DNA from: an uncultured Actinomycetes bacterium | Lineage (GTDB): Bacteria; Actinomycetota; Thermoleophilia; Gaiellales; JALYLC01 | Assembly (NCBI GenBank): GCA_963705965.1 | Contig: CAVPLI010000004.1 | Location: 38,601-102,600, forward strand | Reading direction: 5' to 3' | DNA length: 64,000 nt | In this document: positions 1 to 9,973 of the stretch, piece after piece | How the letters are laid out: every line of letters starts with the position of its first letter | Position numbering within the stretch: the first letter of the stretch is position 1 | The notes under the pieces: model-generated | Seen by the model: the letters and a program-made list of their open reading frames with translations, nothing else | Told to the model about the DNA's origin: nothing | The model's database searches: none | Made by a program: the position numbers and the translations under genes

Positions 1-922
1 ATGCTCTTCCCGCGCCCGTTCGAGACGGACACCTGGGACGAGAAGTTCCACGTCAGCGCGACCGGGCGAGGGCTGGCGCGAGCACACGCACCTGATCAAG
101 ACGCCCGACGGCGAACTCGACTACACCTATCGCACCGAGGACGGCTTCGGCACGTCGTGCCACGACTACCTGCTCAAGGGCGACGATCCCGAGACGAAGC
201 TCGCGGCGCTCCAGCACTTCCCCCCCGGGGACCTCTACGACATGTCGGTCATGAAGGGCATGGTCGACAAGGTCGGCGAGGAGGCCTGGTGGCTGCACCA
301 CGTCATCGGCCCCTGGGACATGGCGGCCGAGGTGCGCGGACTCGTGAACCTCTCGATGGACATCTACGACCGGCCGCAGTTCGTGCACGACCTGATGCGG
401 CTGTGCACCGACTGGCTCAAGGGCTTCTACAAGGCGCTCGGCAAGACCGGCATCCACTCGATCTCGATGAACGAGACCTGGACCGGCGTCGGCGTCGCCC
501 GCGCGCACTTCCTCGAGTTCATGCAGCCCTACGAGAAGGAGTGCGTGGACGCCGCGCACGAGGCCGGCTACATGGTCAGCTTCCACAACTGCGGGCGCGC
601 GACGCTGTTCCTCGAGGACATCGCCGACACCGGGCCCGACGCGGTCGAGACGCTCACGTCGAACCGCTCCTCGGGCGACGTCGACCTGGCCGACGCCAAG
701 GCGCGCATCGGCGACCGCGTGTGCCTCTTCGGCGGCTTCAACGAGCACCTGCTCAACGAGGGCGACGAGGCCACGGTCAAGGAGGAGGTCGCGCGCTGCC
801 TCGACGCCGCGATGGACGGCGGCGGCTACGTGCTGCGCTCCACCGGGCAGATCTTCTTCACGAAGCCCGGGATGATCGAGGTCATGTGCGACACCGCGCG
901 CGAGCTCGGCGTCTACCGCTGA
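1..922 (+). CDS. Uroporphyrinogen decarboxylase-like (URO-D/MtaA-CmuA) family protein, probably 5'-truncated by the window edge; indel near nt 63
   Basis: ORF 242-922 has SFHNCG, D(L)ADAKARIGDRVCLFGGF and GGGYVLRSTGQ, typical of the URO-D TIM barrel; the frame extends upstream (LIKTPDGEL) and switches frame near 63. Confidence 0.75.
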   Translation, partial: CSSRARSRRTPGTRSSTSARPGEGWREHTHLIKTPDGELDYTYRTEDGFGTSCHDYLLKGDDPETKLAALQHFPPGDLYDMSVMKGMVDKVGEEAWWLHHVIGPWDMAAEVRGLVNLSMDIYDRPQFVHDLMRLCTDWLKGFYKALGKTGIHSISMNETWTGVGVARAHFLEFMQPYEKECVDAAHEAGYMVSFHNCGRATLFLEDIADTGPDAVETLTSNRSSGDVDLADAKARIGDRVCLFGGFNEHLLNEGDEATVKEEVARCLDAAMDGGGYVLRSTGQIFFTKPGMIEVMCDTARELGVYR

Positions 923-935
923 CGCGCTGCACGTA

Positions 936-1725
936 GTGTCGCTGCAGGGCGAGATCGCGCTCGTCACCGGCGCCGGCAAGGGCATCGGCGAGGCGGTCGC
1001 GCGTGCGCTCGCGGGCGCGGGCGCGCGGGTCGCGGTGACGAGCCGCGTGGCGGAGGACGCCGAGCGCGTCGCGGCGTCGCTCGGCGCCGGCGCACGCCGG
1101 GTTCGGCATGGACGTGCGCTCGAGCGCCGCCGTCGACGAGGCGGTCGGCGCCGCCACCGCCGCGCTCGGCACGCCCACGATCCTGGTCAACAACGCCGGC
1201 GTCAACCGCCTCGGGCGGGCGGAGTCGTATCCGGACGACGACTGGGAGCGCATCCTCGACGTCAACCTGACCGGCGTCTTCCGCTGCTGCCGGGCCGTCG
1301 GCGCGCGCATGCTCGAGGCGGGCGGCGGCTCGATCGTCAACGTCGCCTCGATCGTGGGCGCGACCGTCGGCATGCCGTGGCGCGCGCCGTATGCGTCGAG
1401 CAAGGCCGGCGTCGTCGGCCTCACGCGGACGCTCGCCGTCGAGTGGGCCGAGCGCGGCGTGCGCGTCAACGCGATCCTCCCCGGGCCGGTGCGCACGTCG
1501 ATGATCGCGGTCGCGATCGAGCAGGGCGCGGTCGACGAGCAGCAGGTGATCGACCACACGCCCGCGGGCCGCTGGGCGCTGCCCGCCGACATCGCCGATG
1601 CGGTGCTGCTGCTGTGCGGGCCGGAATCGCGCTTCGTGACGGGCCAGGCGCTCGTCGTCGACGGCGGCTACTCGTCGTTCGGGTCGGCTCACCCTGCCTC
1701 GCGGCGCTTCGAGGGCGACGACTGA
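936..1725 (+). CDS. Short-chain dehydrogenase/reductase (SDR); frameshift near 1095
   Basis: TGAGKGIG in ORF 936; NNAG, YASSK and VRVNAILPG in ORF 1108-1725. Confidence 0.9.
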
Positions 1726-1744
1726 GCCGGTATCGTCCGGCCCG

Positions 1745-2732
1745 GTGAGCGCCGGGAAAATCCTCGTCACGGGCTCTTCGGGACACCTCGGAGAGGCCAT
1801 CGTGCGCGTGCTCCGCGATGCCGGGCGCGACGTGTGTGGGCTCGACGTCCTGCCCTCGCCGTTCACCTCCGTCGTCGGCTCGGTGGCCGACCGCGACGTC
1901 GTGCGGGAGAGCCTCGCCGGCGTCACGGGCGTCCTGCACACCGCGACGCTGCACAAGCCGCACATCGGCTCGCACGATCGCCAGGCGTTCGTCGAGGCGA
2001 ACGTCAGCGGGACGCTCGCCCTGCTCGAGGAGTCCGTTCGCGCCGGCGTCGAGAGCTTCGTCTTCACGAGCACGACGAGCGCCTTCGGCCGCGCGCTGTA
2101 CCCCGGGTCGGACGCACCGGCGGCCTGGATCACCGAGGACGTCGTCTCCCTCCCGCGCAACGTCTACGGCGTGACGAAGACCGCGGCGGAGGATCTCTGC
2201 GAGCTCGTGCAGCGCGACTCCGGGCTGCCGGTCGTCGTCCTGCGCACGTCGCGCTTCTTCCCCGAGGGCGACGACCGCGACGACGTGCGCTCCGCCTACG
2301 ACGACGCCAACAGCAAGGTCAACGAGTTCCTCTACCGCCGCGTCGACATCGCGGACGTCGTCGACGTGCATCTGCTCGCGCTCGAGCGCGCGGCGGGCAT
2401 CGGCTTCGGGCGCTACATCGTGAGCGCGACCGCGCCGTTCGCCCGGGGCGACGTGGACGAGCTCGCGACCGACGCCCCGCGCGTCGTGGCCCGCCTGTTC
2501 CCGGATCAGGAGGCCGAGTACGCGCGGCGCGGCTGGAGGATGTTCCCGCGGCTCGACCGCGTCTACGTCAACGCGAAGGCGCGCGCCGAGCTCGGCTGGG
2601 AGCCCCGCTATCGACTTCCGCCACGTGCTCGACCTGCTGAAGGCCGGCGAGGACTTCCGCAGCCCGCTCGCGCTCGCGGTCGGCGCCAAGGGCTACCACG
2701 CGGAATCCACGGGGCCCTACACGGTGCGCTGA
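1745..2732 (+). CDS. NAD-dependent epimerase/dehydratase; frameshift near 2612
   Basis: VTGSSGHLG, TSTTSAFG and YGVTK motifs; shifted frame reads FRHVLDLLKAGEDFRSPLA...YTVR to TGA at 2730-2732. Confidence 0.85.
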
Positions 2733-2790
2733 GGCGGGCCAGCTCCTATCATCGCCCGATGCTTCTTCAGCCATTGACCGGCGCGCGCGC

Positions 2791-3684
2791 ATGAGCGAGA
2801 TCGCCCCCGGCATCCACCGCATCGAGGAGGATCTCGGCCCGCGCTTCATGGCCCAGTACCTGCTCACCGGCAGCGAGCGGACGCTGCTCGTCGACACGGG
2901 CCTCTCGCAGACCCTGACGGAGGCGATCGCCCCCTACGCGGAGTCGATCGGGCTCGCGGTCGACGCGATCGACGAGCTCTTCGTCTCGCACGCGGACGTC
3001 GACCACATCGGCTCGAACCGCGCGCTGCGGGAGCGCTCGCCGCGCACGCGCGTGTCCTGCGGCGAGATCGATCGCCGCTGGGTCGAGTCGAACGAGGCGA
3101 TCCTGGCCGAGAACTACCGCTGGTTCGAGCCCTACGGCTTCACGCTCGGCCCCGACGTGCTCGGCTTCATCGCCCAGGAGCTCGGCGGCGACGCGCCCGT
3201 CGATCTCGGCCTCGTCGGCGGCGAGACGTTCCGGCTCGGCCCGGGCCAGCGCTGGGAGGTGCTCGCGCTGCCCGGCCACACGCTCGGCCACATGGGCCTC
3301 TGGCACCCCGAGGAGCGCACGGCGATCATCGTCGACGCCGTGCTCGGCAACGGCATCGTCGACCGCGCCGGGCAGCTGCTGATCCCGCCGCGGATCTACG
3401 ACCTGCCCGGGTACCGCCGCACGATCGAGAGCGTGCGCGCGCTCCGCCCCGAGCTGCTGCTGACGGCGCACTACCCGGTCATGAACCGCGCGGAAGCCGA
3501 GGCGTTCCTCGACCTCTCCGTCGGCTTCTGCGACGACGTGCTGCGCATCACCCGCGGCGTCGTCGCGCGCGGCGAGCCGAACCTGCGAGCGGTCGTCGAG
3601 GCCATCGACGCCGGCATCGGCCCGTACCCCGAGTTCACCCAGGAGCTGACGGCGATCGCGAGAAGCGCCCTCGCCGAACTCTGA
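2791..3684 (+). CDS. Metallo-beta-lactamase fold hydrolase
   Basis: LVDTG, SHADVDHIG (HxDxDH), PGHTLGH and AHY motifs. Confidence 0.9.
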   Translation: MSEIAPGIHRIEEDLGPRFMAQYLLTGSERTLLVDTGLSQTLTEAIAPYAESIGLAVDAIDELFVSHADVDHIGSNRALRERSPRTRVSCGEIDRRWVESNEAILAENYRWFEPYGFTLGPDVLGFIAQELGGDAPVDLGLVGGETFRLGPGQRWEVLALPGHTLGHMGLWHPEERTAIIVDAVLGNGIVDRAGQLLIPPRIYDLPGYRRTIESVRALRPELLLTAHYPVMNRAEAEAFLDLSVGFCDDVLRITRGVVARGEPNLRAVVEAIDAGIGPYPEFTQELTAIARSALAEL

Positions 3685-3686
3685 GC

Positions 3687-3883
3687 TGCACGATAGGGGT
3701 CAGACCCCTATCGTGCACGTCCCGGGTTCGAGGACTGGACACGCTTTGAGGCGGGACCGCACGTTTGGGGCCAGACCCCAAAGGTGCGGTGCTCAACACG
3801 TTCGCACGTTTGGGGCCAGACCCCGAAGGTGCGACCCCAAAGGTGCGGTGCTCAGCACGTTTGGGGCCAGGCCCCCGTTGTGC
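3687..3883. repeat. Cluster of REP-like palindromes with core GGGG(T/C)CAG(A/G)CCCC
   Basis: Perfect 15-bp inverted repeat TGCACGATAGGGGTC-A-GACCCCTATCGTGCA at 3687-3717; three GCACGTTTGGGGCCAG(A/G)CCCC units at about 3759, 3804 and 3855; lies between convergent genes. Confidence 0.85.
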
Positions 3884-3893
3884 GGCGCGCGGC

Positions 3894-4679
3894 TCAGGCG
3901 CCGCGGAAGACGCCCGGGCGGCGCTCCTTGAAGGCTGCGCGGCCCTCGGCTGCGTCCTCGGTCGCGAAGCAGATCGTCTGCAGGTCGCGCTCGTAGCCGA
4001 CCGCGGCCTCGAGGCCCATCGCGTAGGCGGCTCGGAGGTTGACCTTGCCGGTCTCGGCCGCGATCGGCGGGCGGCTCGCGATCGCGGCGGCCAGCTCGGC
4101 CGCCCTCGCCGCCAGATCGGCCGGCGGCACGAGCTCGGAGACGAGGTTCATCCGGAGCGCGCGCTCGGCGTCCACCGGGTCGCCCGTCAGGATCATCTGC
4201 GCGGCGTTCGAGGCGCCGATCGAGTGCGTCAGGAGGTACGTCATGCCGCCGCCGCCGATCCAGCCCAGCTTGATCTCGGGCGCCGCGAACGTCGCGTGCG
4301 CCGCCGCCAGCCGGATGTCGCAGGAGAGCGCGAGCTCGAGCCCGCCGCCGTAGGCGAGGCCGTTGACGGCACAGACGACGGGCGTCCGCAGGGCCCGCAC
4401 GGCGTCGCAGTAGTCGTCGCGCCGGCGGAACTCCCAGGCCGACGCGTAGGTGTCCAGCTCGGCCACGTCGGAGCCCGCGCAGAACGCGCGCTCCCCCGCC
4501 CCCGTCAGCACGACGGCGCGGATCTCGGGATCGGCGTCGCAGCGGCGGCACGCCTCCACGACCTCGTCCGCCATCGCCGGTGTGACGGCGTTGAGCTTCG
4601 CCGGGCGGTCGAGGACGATCGTCGCGACGTGGCCCTCGATCGTGAAGCGGACGTTGGAATCGGCATCGTGCGGTGTCAC
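3894..4679 (-). CDS. Enoyl-CoA hydratase/isomerase
   Basis: LDRPAKLNA, AFCAGSD, GGGLELALSCDIR and PEIKLG motifs; GTG start overlaps the upstream stop (GTGA). Confidence 0.92.
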   Translation of the reverse strand: MTPHDADSNVRFTIEGHVATIVLDRPAKLNAVTPAMADEVVEACRRCDADPEIRAVVLTGAGERAFCAGSDVAELDTYASAWEFRRRDDYCDAVRALRTPVVCAVNGLAYGGGLELALSCDIRLAAAHATFAAPEIKLGWIGGGGMTYLLTHSIGASNAAQMILTGDPVDAERALRMNLVSELVPPADLAARAAELAAAIASRPPIAAETGKVNLRAAYAMGLEAAVGYERDLQTICFATEDAAEGRAAFKERRPGVFRGA

Positions 4680-5780
4680 AGGACAGCTCCAGTGGGAAGC
4701 GACGCGCGCCACAGCGCGTCCAGGCGGTCGAGCAGGCGAGGCCCCGGGATCCGCTCGGCCAGGCCGTCGCGGATCAGCTCCGAGCCGCGGCTCTGGAACT
4801 CGATGTAGCCCGGGAAGCGCGGGCGCACCCAGGCGGCCTCGGTCGTGCGCAGCGTGCCCGAGTAGAAACCGCCGGAGCTCGCGTCGAGCGCCGGGTCGGT
4901 CCACGCCGCCCGGGCCGCCGGCTGGCCCTGGTGCTCGGGGATGAACGTCGTCTGGGTGGCGGGATCGAGCAGCCACTCGAGGTGCTCGGCCAGTTCCGGC
5001 GCGAGCGGGCAGCGGCGCGTGAGCGCGATGCCCGTCCCGCCGAGCGTCGAGCCGAGCGCGGGCGCGTCGGCAAAGCGCAGGGCCTCGCGCCCGTCGGCCG
5101 GGCGCGCGTAGTTGACGTAGCCGTAGACGAGCGGGCAGCACGCGGCCGCGCGCTCACGCGCCATGGCCTCGAGCAGCTGGATCGGATTCGCGTCGCGCAG
5201 CGACGGGCGCGAGCACGCCGCGAGCTCCTCCAGGATCGCGAACGCCGCGAGCCGCGACTCGCCGGGCTCGAACGGCGACGCGCCGAGCCCGGCCGCGATC
5301 GAGCAGAACGTGAGCAGCGCGTGCGGCCCGGCGAGCGACAGCGCGATCGGGTGCTCGTCGGCCAGCGCGCGCACCTCGGCCCAGGTCTCCGGCGCCGGCC
5401 GGTCGCCGGTGAGCCCCGGGTGGAGCACCTGCACCTGCGTGGCCGCGTCGAGCGGAAGCGCATAGACCCGGCCGTCGTAGTCGTAGCTCGCCGCCGCGGC
5501 TCCGACGGTGGCGGCCGCGATGCGCGCGACGGCGTCGTCGCCGAGCAGGTCGGCGACGGGCACGAGGCAGTCGGCGGCGACGGCCTCGCCGAGGTGCGGA
5601 TGGTCGAGGACGATCAGGTCGTAGCTGCGGGCGAGCTCCGGGATCGGCGTCGACTCGAAGCCCTCGAGCGGCTGCGCATCCCAGGTGATCTCGATCTCAG
5701 CCGGCCCAGCGCTCGGCTGCCGCGGCGAGCGGCGCATGGCCGCGCGGATGGTCCCACGTCAGGCCGCGGAACGCCGTCAC
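4676..5780 (-). CDS. Solute-binding protein family 1-like protein with no signal peptide; frameshift near 5700
   Basis: GTG at 5780 gives MTAFRGLTWDHPRG; YDLIVLDHPHLG, LPLDAATQV, LGGTGIA and WVRPR motifs follow. Confidence 0.75.
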
Positions 5781-7039
5781 AGCGGGTCTTCGGCGATGAC
5801 CCCGCGGCCGATCAGGTCGTCCACCTCGAGGCCGTCGTGGCCGAGCTCGGCGAGGATCGAGCGGGAGTGCTCTCCGGTCAGCGGCGCGCCGGCGAACACG
5901 CGCGAGGGCGTGCGCGAGAAGCGGATCGGGAAGCCGGGCGTGCGGACGGCGCCCTCGGTCGGGTGGTCATACGCGACGAACGTGCCGTTGTGCTCGACCT
6001 GCGCGTCGTCGAGGACGTCCTCGTAGCCGTAGACCGGCCCGGCCCAGCAGCCCTGCGCCTCGAACGCCGCGAGCCAGTCGGCCGACTTCCCGGTGAGCAG
6101 GCGCTCCTGCGTGACCTGGAGGATCCGGTCGCGGTGCTTCCACGTGTCGATCTCGTCGTCGAGGCCCGCGAGCTCGGGCGCGTCGAGCACGACCGCGAGA
6201 TCGCCGGGCGACGGGAAGGCGAGCGCGATGTGCCCGTCCTGCGTCTCGAAGATGCCGTACGGCGAGCGGATGTAGGAGTGCCCGTGCGGCTCGTCCGAGC
6301 GCGTCTGCGCGCGCCCGCCGACCGTGAAGATCGAGAGCTCCTGCATCTGCAGCGTCAGGATGGCGTCGAGCATGTTGACCTGGACGAGCTGACCCTCGCC
6401 CGTCCGCTCGCGGTGGAGCAGCGCGGCGAGCGCGCCCTCGAACGCCACGTAGGCGGTGATGCCGTCGACCAGGAACTGCCCGGCGGGCTGCGGCGTGTCG
6501 CCGGAGCGCCCGACCGACTCGAGCGCGCCGCTCATCGCCTGCAGGAGCAGATCCTGCCCCGGCCGGTGCGCGTACGGGCCGTCCTCCCCGTACCCGGACA
6601 TCGAGACGTAGACGATGTCCGGGTTGAGCGCGCTCAGCGTCTCGTAGTCCACGCCGAGCCGCTCGGCGACGCCGGGCCGGTAGTTCTGCAGGAAGACGTC
6701 GGCCGTGCGCGCCAGCTCCCAGAGGATCTCGCGCCCCTCCTCCGTCTTGAGGTCGACGGCGAGGCTGCGCTTGTTGCGATTGAGCGAGAGGAAGCTCGCG
6801 TTGATGCGGTTCCCCGTCGCGCCGCCGCCCGCGACGTGGCGATGCCACTCACCGGTGACGGGCTCGATCTTGATGACGTCCGCTCCCAGATCGCCGAGCC
6901 GCATCGCGGCCAGCGGGCCCGCCATCGCGATCGAGCAGTCGAGCACGCGCATGCCCGAGAGGGGTCCGCCGCGATCCTCCGGCGTGCTGTCGAAGGCGGG
7001 CGCAGCGAGCGACTCGAGCGGGAGAGAAGAAGGCGTCAT
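5777..7039 (-). CDS. CaiB/BaiF family (class III) CoA-transferase
   Basis: AGPLAAMRLGDLGADVIKIE, NRNKRS, SGYGEDGPYAHRPGQDLLLQA and APLTGEHS. Confidence 0.95.
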   Translation of the reverse strand: MTPSSLPLESLAAPAFDSTPEDRGGPLSGMRVLDCSIAMAGPLAAMRLGDLGADVIKIEPVTGEWHRHVAGGGATGNRINASFLSLNRNKRSLAVDLKTEEGREILWELARTADVFLQNYRPGVAERLGVDYETLSALNPDIVYVSMSGYGEDGPYAHRPGQDLLLQAMSGALESVGRSGDTPQPAGQFLVDGITAYVAFEGALAALLHRERTGEGQLVQVNMLDAILTLQMQELSIFTVGGRAQTRSDEPHGHSYIRSPYGIFETQDGHIALAFPSPGDLAVVLDAPELAGLDDEIDTWKHRDRILQVTQERLLTGKSADWLAAFEAQGCWAGPVYGYEDVLDDAQVEHNGTFVAYDHPTEGAVRTPGFPIRFSRTPSRVFAGAPLTGEHSRSILAELGHDGLEVDDLIGRGVIAEDPL

Positions 7040-7126
7040 GGTGCTACATAGTGGCACCATAAACACGGTTATTCAAGGCTTCAACGGGTGACTTTGCGAT
7101 ATCTCCACTGGATTTCCACCGTTCGC

Positions 7127-7142
7127 GTCCATATCATGGGAC
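7127..7142. promoter_or_regulatory. Putative IclR operator (imperfect palindrome)
   Basis: GTCCATATCATGGGAC in the AT-richer divergent intergenic region just before the IclR start. Confidence 0.4.
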
Positions 7143-7146
7143 TTGC

Positions 7147-7923
7147 ATGGCCGAGGAAGAAGGAACCCAGGCGATCGATCGCGCCGCGCGCATCCTGGTC
7201 GGGCTGATCGAGAGCGACGACTACGTCTCGCTCGCGACGATCATCGAGCGCACCGGGCTCTCCAAGAGCACCGCCGCGCGCCTGTTGCGCGCACTCGAGC
7301 GCAGCGGTCTCGCCCAGCGCGGGCCGAACGGCGGCTTCCGGCCCGGGCGCGTGCTGATCGAGTACGCCCGCCGCGAGACGAGCGTGGCCGACCTGGCCGA
7401 GCTTGCGGCGCCGTTCCTCGAGCGCCTGCGCCGCGACACGGGCGAGACCGCGAACATCGCGATCCCGCTGCCCGGCGGCGTCACGCGGCTGGCCGAGCTG
7501 GAGAGCGCGCATCCGCTCGGCGCCGGCAACTGGCCCGGCGTCCGCATCCCGCTGCACGCATCCGCCATGGGCAAGATCTTCATGGCCTTCGGCGCCGCAC
7601 AGCCGCCGTTCGGCCGGCTCGCACGGCTCGCCCCGAACACCATCACGAACGTGCCGGACATCCTGGTCGAGCTCGAGCGCGTGCGCGAGACCGGCTACGC
7701 GACCACCTGGGAGGAGCTCGAGGAGGGCCTCTGCTCGGTCGCGGCGCCGGTGCGCGGGTCGCGCGGCACCGTGATCGCGGCGATGTCGGTGTCGGCGCCG
7801 ACCGTCCGGATCACGCGCGAGGAGCTCGAGGCGCTGGCGCAGCCGCTGATGGGCGCGGCCGACGAGCTGTCCGCCCGCCTCGGCTTCGCCGGTCCGGTGC
7901 GCGAGCCGTTCGAGCTCGGCTAG
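7147..7923 (+). CDS. IclR family transcriptional regulator
   Basis: N-terminal HTH (GLSKSTAARLLRAL); PLHASAMGK; EELEEGLCSVAAPV. Confidence 0.95.
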   Translation: MAEEEGTQAIDRAARILVGLIESDDYVSLATIIERTGLSKSTAARLLRALERSGLAQRGPNGGFRPGRVLIEYARRETSVADLAELAAPFLERLRRDTGETANIAIPLPGGVTRLAELESAHPLGAGNWPGVRIPLHASAMGKIFMAFGAAQPPFGRLARLAPNTITNVPDILVELERVRETGYATTWEELEEGLCSVAAPVRGSRGTVIAAMSVSAPTVRITREELEALAQPLMGAADELSARLGFAGPVREPFELG

Positions 7924-7947
7924 AGCCGCGGCGGTAGCCTTCGCGCG

Positions 7948-9849
7948 GTGAGCACTCGCTTCCCGCTGCTGCTCTCCGCGCTCGAGTTGCGCGGCAGGCG
8001 GCTCCCGAGCCGGGTCGTCTTCACCGCGCATACCGTCTCGCTCGGACAGGACCACCTACCGCGTGAGCGCGCCCGCGGCTACTACGCGGCACGCGCCGCC
8101 GGCGGCGCCGGGATGATCGTGATGGAGCCGCTGCCCGTGCTTCCGAACGGCGGCGTGACACCGCAGAACTACCGCTACGACGATGAGCGCTTCGTGCCCG
8201 CGCTGCAGAGCGTCGTCGACGCGGTGCACGAGCACGGCACCGTGTTCGTCTCGCAGCTGTATCACCTCGGAGCGAACTCCGACCCGCTCGCGGGCGGCTC
8301 CGAGCGCTGGGCGCCCGGCCCTGGTCTTGCGCCCGGCGGCCCGGACGGCCTGCGCGCGATGGACAGCGAGGACATCGGCGACCTGATCGACGGCCACGTC
8401 CGCGGAGCGCGTGCCGCGATCGCCGCGGGCGCCGACGGCGTCGAGTGCATGTTCGCCTACGACACGCTCGTCGACCAGTTCCTCTCGGCCGAGCGCAACC
8501 ACCGCGACGACGGCTACGGCGGCGCGCTCGCGGGCCGCGCGCGGCTCGCGCGCGAGATCCTCCACGCGTTGCGCGCCGAGATCGGCCCCGACCGCCTGCT
8601 CGGAATCACCGTCACGGCCGCGATGGACGGGTACGAGGAGGCAGTCGCGCATCTCTCTGCGGAGTGCGACATCGACTACGCCGGCGTCGGCCACGGCAAC
8701 TACGAGCAGCCGTTCCTGATCGTCCCGCCGATGGACTTCGCGCCTGGCCACGGAGTCCCGTTCGCCGCGCGCGCCAAGCGCGCCGCGCCGGAGCTCGCGA
8801 TCCTCGCCGAGGGGCGCATCAACCGTCCCGAGATCGGTGAGCAGGCGCTCGCCGACGGCGCCTGCGACCTCGTCGGGATGACGCGCGCGCTGCTCGTCGA
8901 TCCGCTCGTGCCGCGTCGCGCGCGTGACGGCGAGACGGAGCGGATCCGCGAGTGCATCGGCTACAACCTCTGCGTCGCCCGCCGCTACCGCAAGTTCCCG
9001 GTGGCCTGCGTGCAGAACCCGGCGATGGGGTACGAGGGAACGCTCGGCGACCTCTCCCCCGCGCCCGAGCCGCGCGACGTCCTCGTCGTGGGCGCGGGCC
9101 TCGCGGGCCTCGAGGCCGCGCGCGTGGCGGCCGAGCGCGGCCATCGCGTGACCGCCCTGGAGCGCGGCGAGGAACCCGGCGGCCAGGTGCGCCTGATCTC
9201 GCGGTTGCCCGTCCAGGAGCCATTCGCCGAGTTGATCGACTGGCGGGTCCGCGAGCTCGCGCGGCTCGGCGTCGAGCTCGTGCTCGGGCTCGAGGCCGAC
9301 GCGGACGAATGCGCGCGACGGGCACCCGACGTCGTCGTGGTCGCCACCGGAGCGGATCCCACGGCGCTTGCCGGCTCGTTGCCGGCCGCGGACGTGCTCG
9401 CCGGCGCGTCGCTCGGCGACGGGCCGGTCGTCGTGCTCGACTTCGAGGGCCATCGCAAGGGCGCGGGCGTCGCCGAGACGCTCGCGGGCGCCGGCCGGGA
9501 GGTCACGCTCGTCGCACTCGGCCCGTCGGCACTCGGCGCGCTCACCTACTCGACGGTCGGAGCGCTCGCCCTCCGGCGCCTGGCCGGGCTCGGCGTTCGC
9601 CTGGTCGAGGGCCATCGCCTCGTGGCGGTCGAGGACGGCGCGGTTCGCCTGGCGCGCACCTACGACGGCACGCCGCTCGCCCTGGGGACGCGCGCAGTCG
9701 TCCACGCCTCGCCGCACACGCCGGCCGACGCGCTCGTCCACGAGTTGCGGGCGAGGGCGATTCAGGTCCGAGCCATAGGCGACGCACGCGCACCGCGCCT
9801 CGTCGAGGACGCGATCGCCGACGGCTACGCGGCCGGGCTGGCGCTCTGA
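7948..9849 (+). CDS. NADH:flavin oxidoreductase (OYE-like barrel plus Fe-S and FAD domains, FadH-like)
   Basis: YYAARAAGGAGMIV, NHRDDGYGG, RECIGYNLC...CVQNP, VVGAGLAGLEAA and IGDARAPR. Confidence 0.9.
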   Translation: MSTRFPLLLSALELRGRRLPSRVVFTAHTVSLGQDHLPRERARGYYAARAAGGAGMIVMEPLPVLPNGGVTPQNYRYDDERFVPALQSVVDAVHEHGTVFVSQLYHLGANSDPLAGGSERWAPGPGLAPGGPDGLRAMDSEDIGDLIDGHVRGARAAIAAGADGVECMFAYDTLVDQFLSAERNHRDDGYGGALAGRARLAREILHALRAEIGPDRLLGITVTAAMDGYEEAVAHLSAECDIDYAGVGHGNYEQPFLIVPPMDFAPGHGVPFAARAKRAAPELAILAEGRINRPEIGEQALADGACDLVGMTRALLVDPLVPRRARDGETERIRECIGYNLCVARRYRKFPVACVQNPAMGYEGTLGDLSPAPEPRDVLVVGAGLAGLEAARVAAERGHRVTALERGEEPGGQVRLISRLPVQEPFAELIDWRVRELARLGVELVLGLEADADECARRAPDVVVVATGADPTALAGSLPAADVLAGASLGDGPVVVLDFEGHRKGAGVAETLAGAGREVTLVALGPSALGALTYSTVGALALRRLAGLGVRLVEGHRLVAVEDGAVRLARTYDGTPLALGTRAVVHASPHTPADALVHELRARAIQVRAIGDARAPRLVEDAIADGYAAGLAL

Positions 9850-9973
9850 TCGGCCGCGGGCTGCCGCTCCAGCCCACCCGCACCGTCGCGCACCGGTACC
9901 GCACGCGCATCCGCGCCGACACCGAAGACGAGTGCGGATTGCCCGCAGGAACGGCGGTTCCGCGCCGCCGCGG

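Noticed and set aside
3756-3883. Possible mini CRISPR array
   Set aside because: The repeats are palindromic units with very short, non-unique spacers, there are no cas genes, and the same core is dispersed elsewhere, so it is REP-like
4673-7051. Long antisense ORFs (for example 792 aa here and 695 aa at 40124-42211)
   Set aside because: Shadow frames opposite real genes in high-GC DNA; only the last 126 aa of the 40124 ORF look like a real gene
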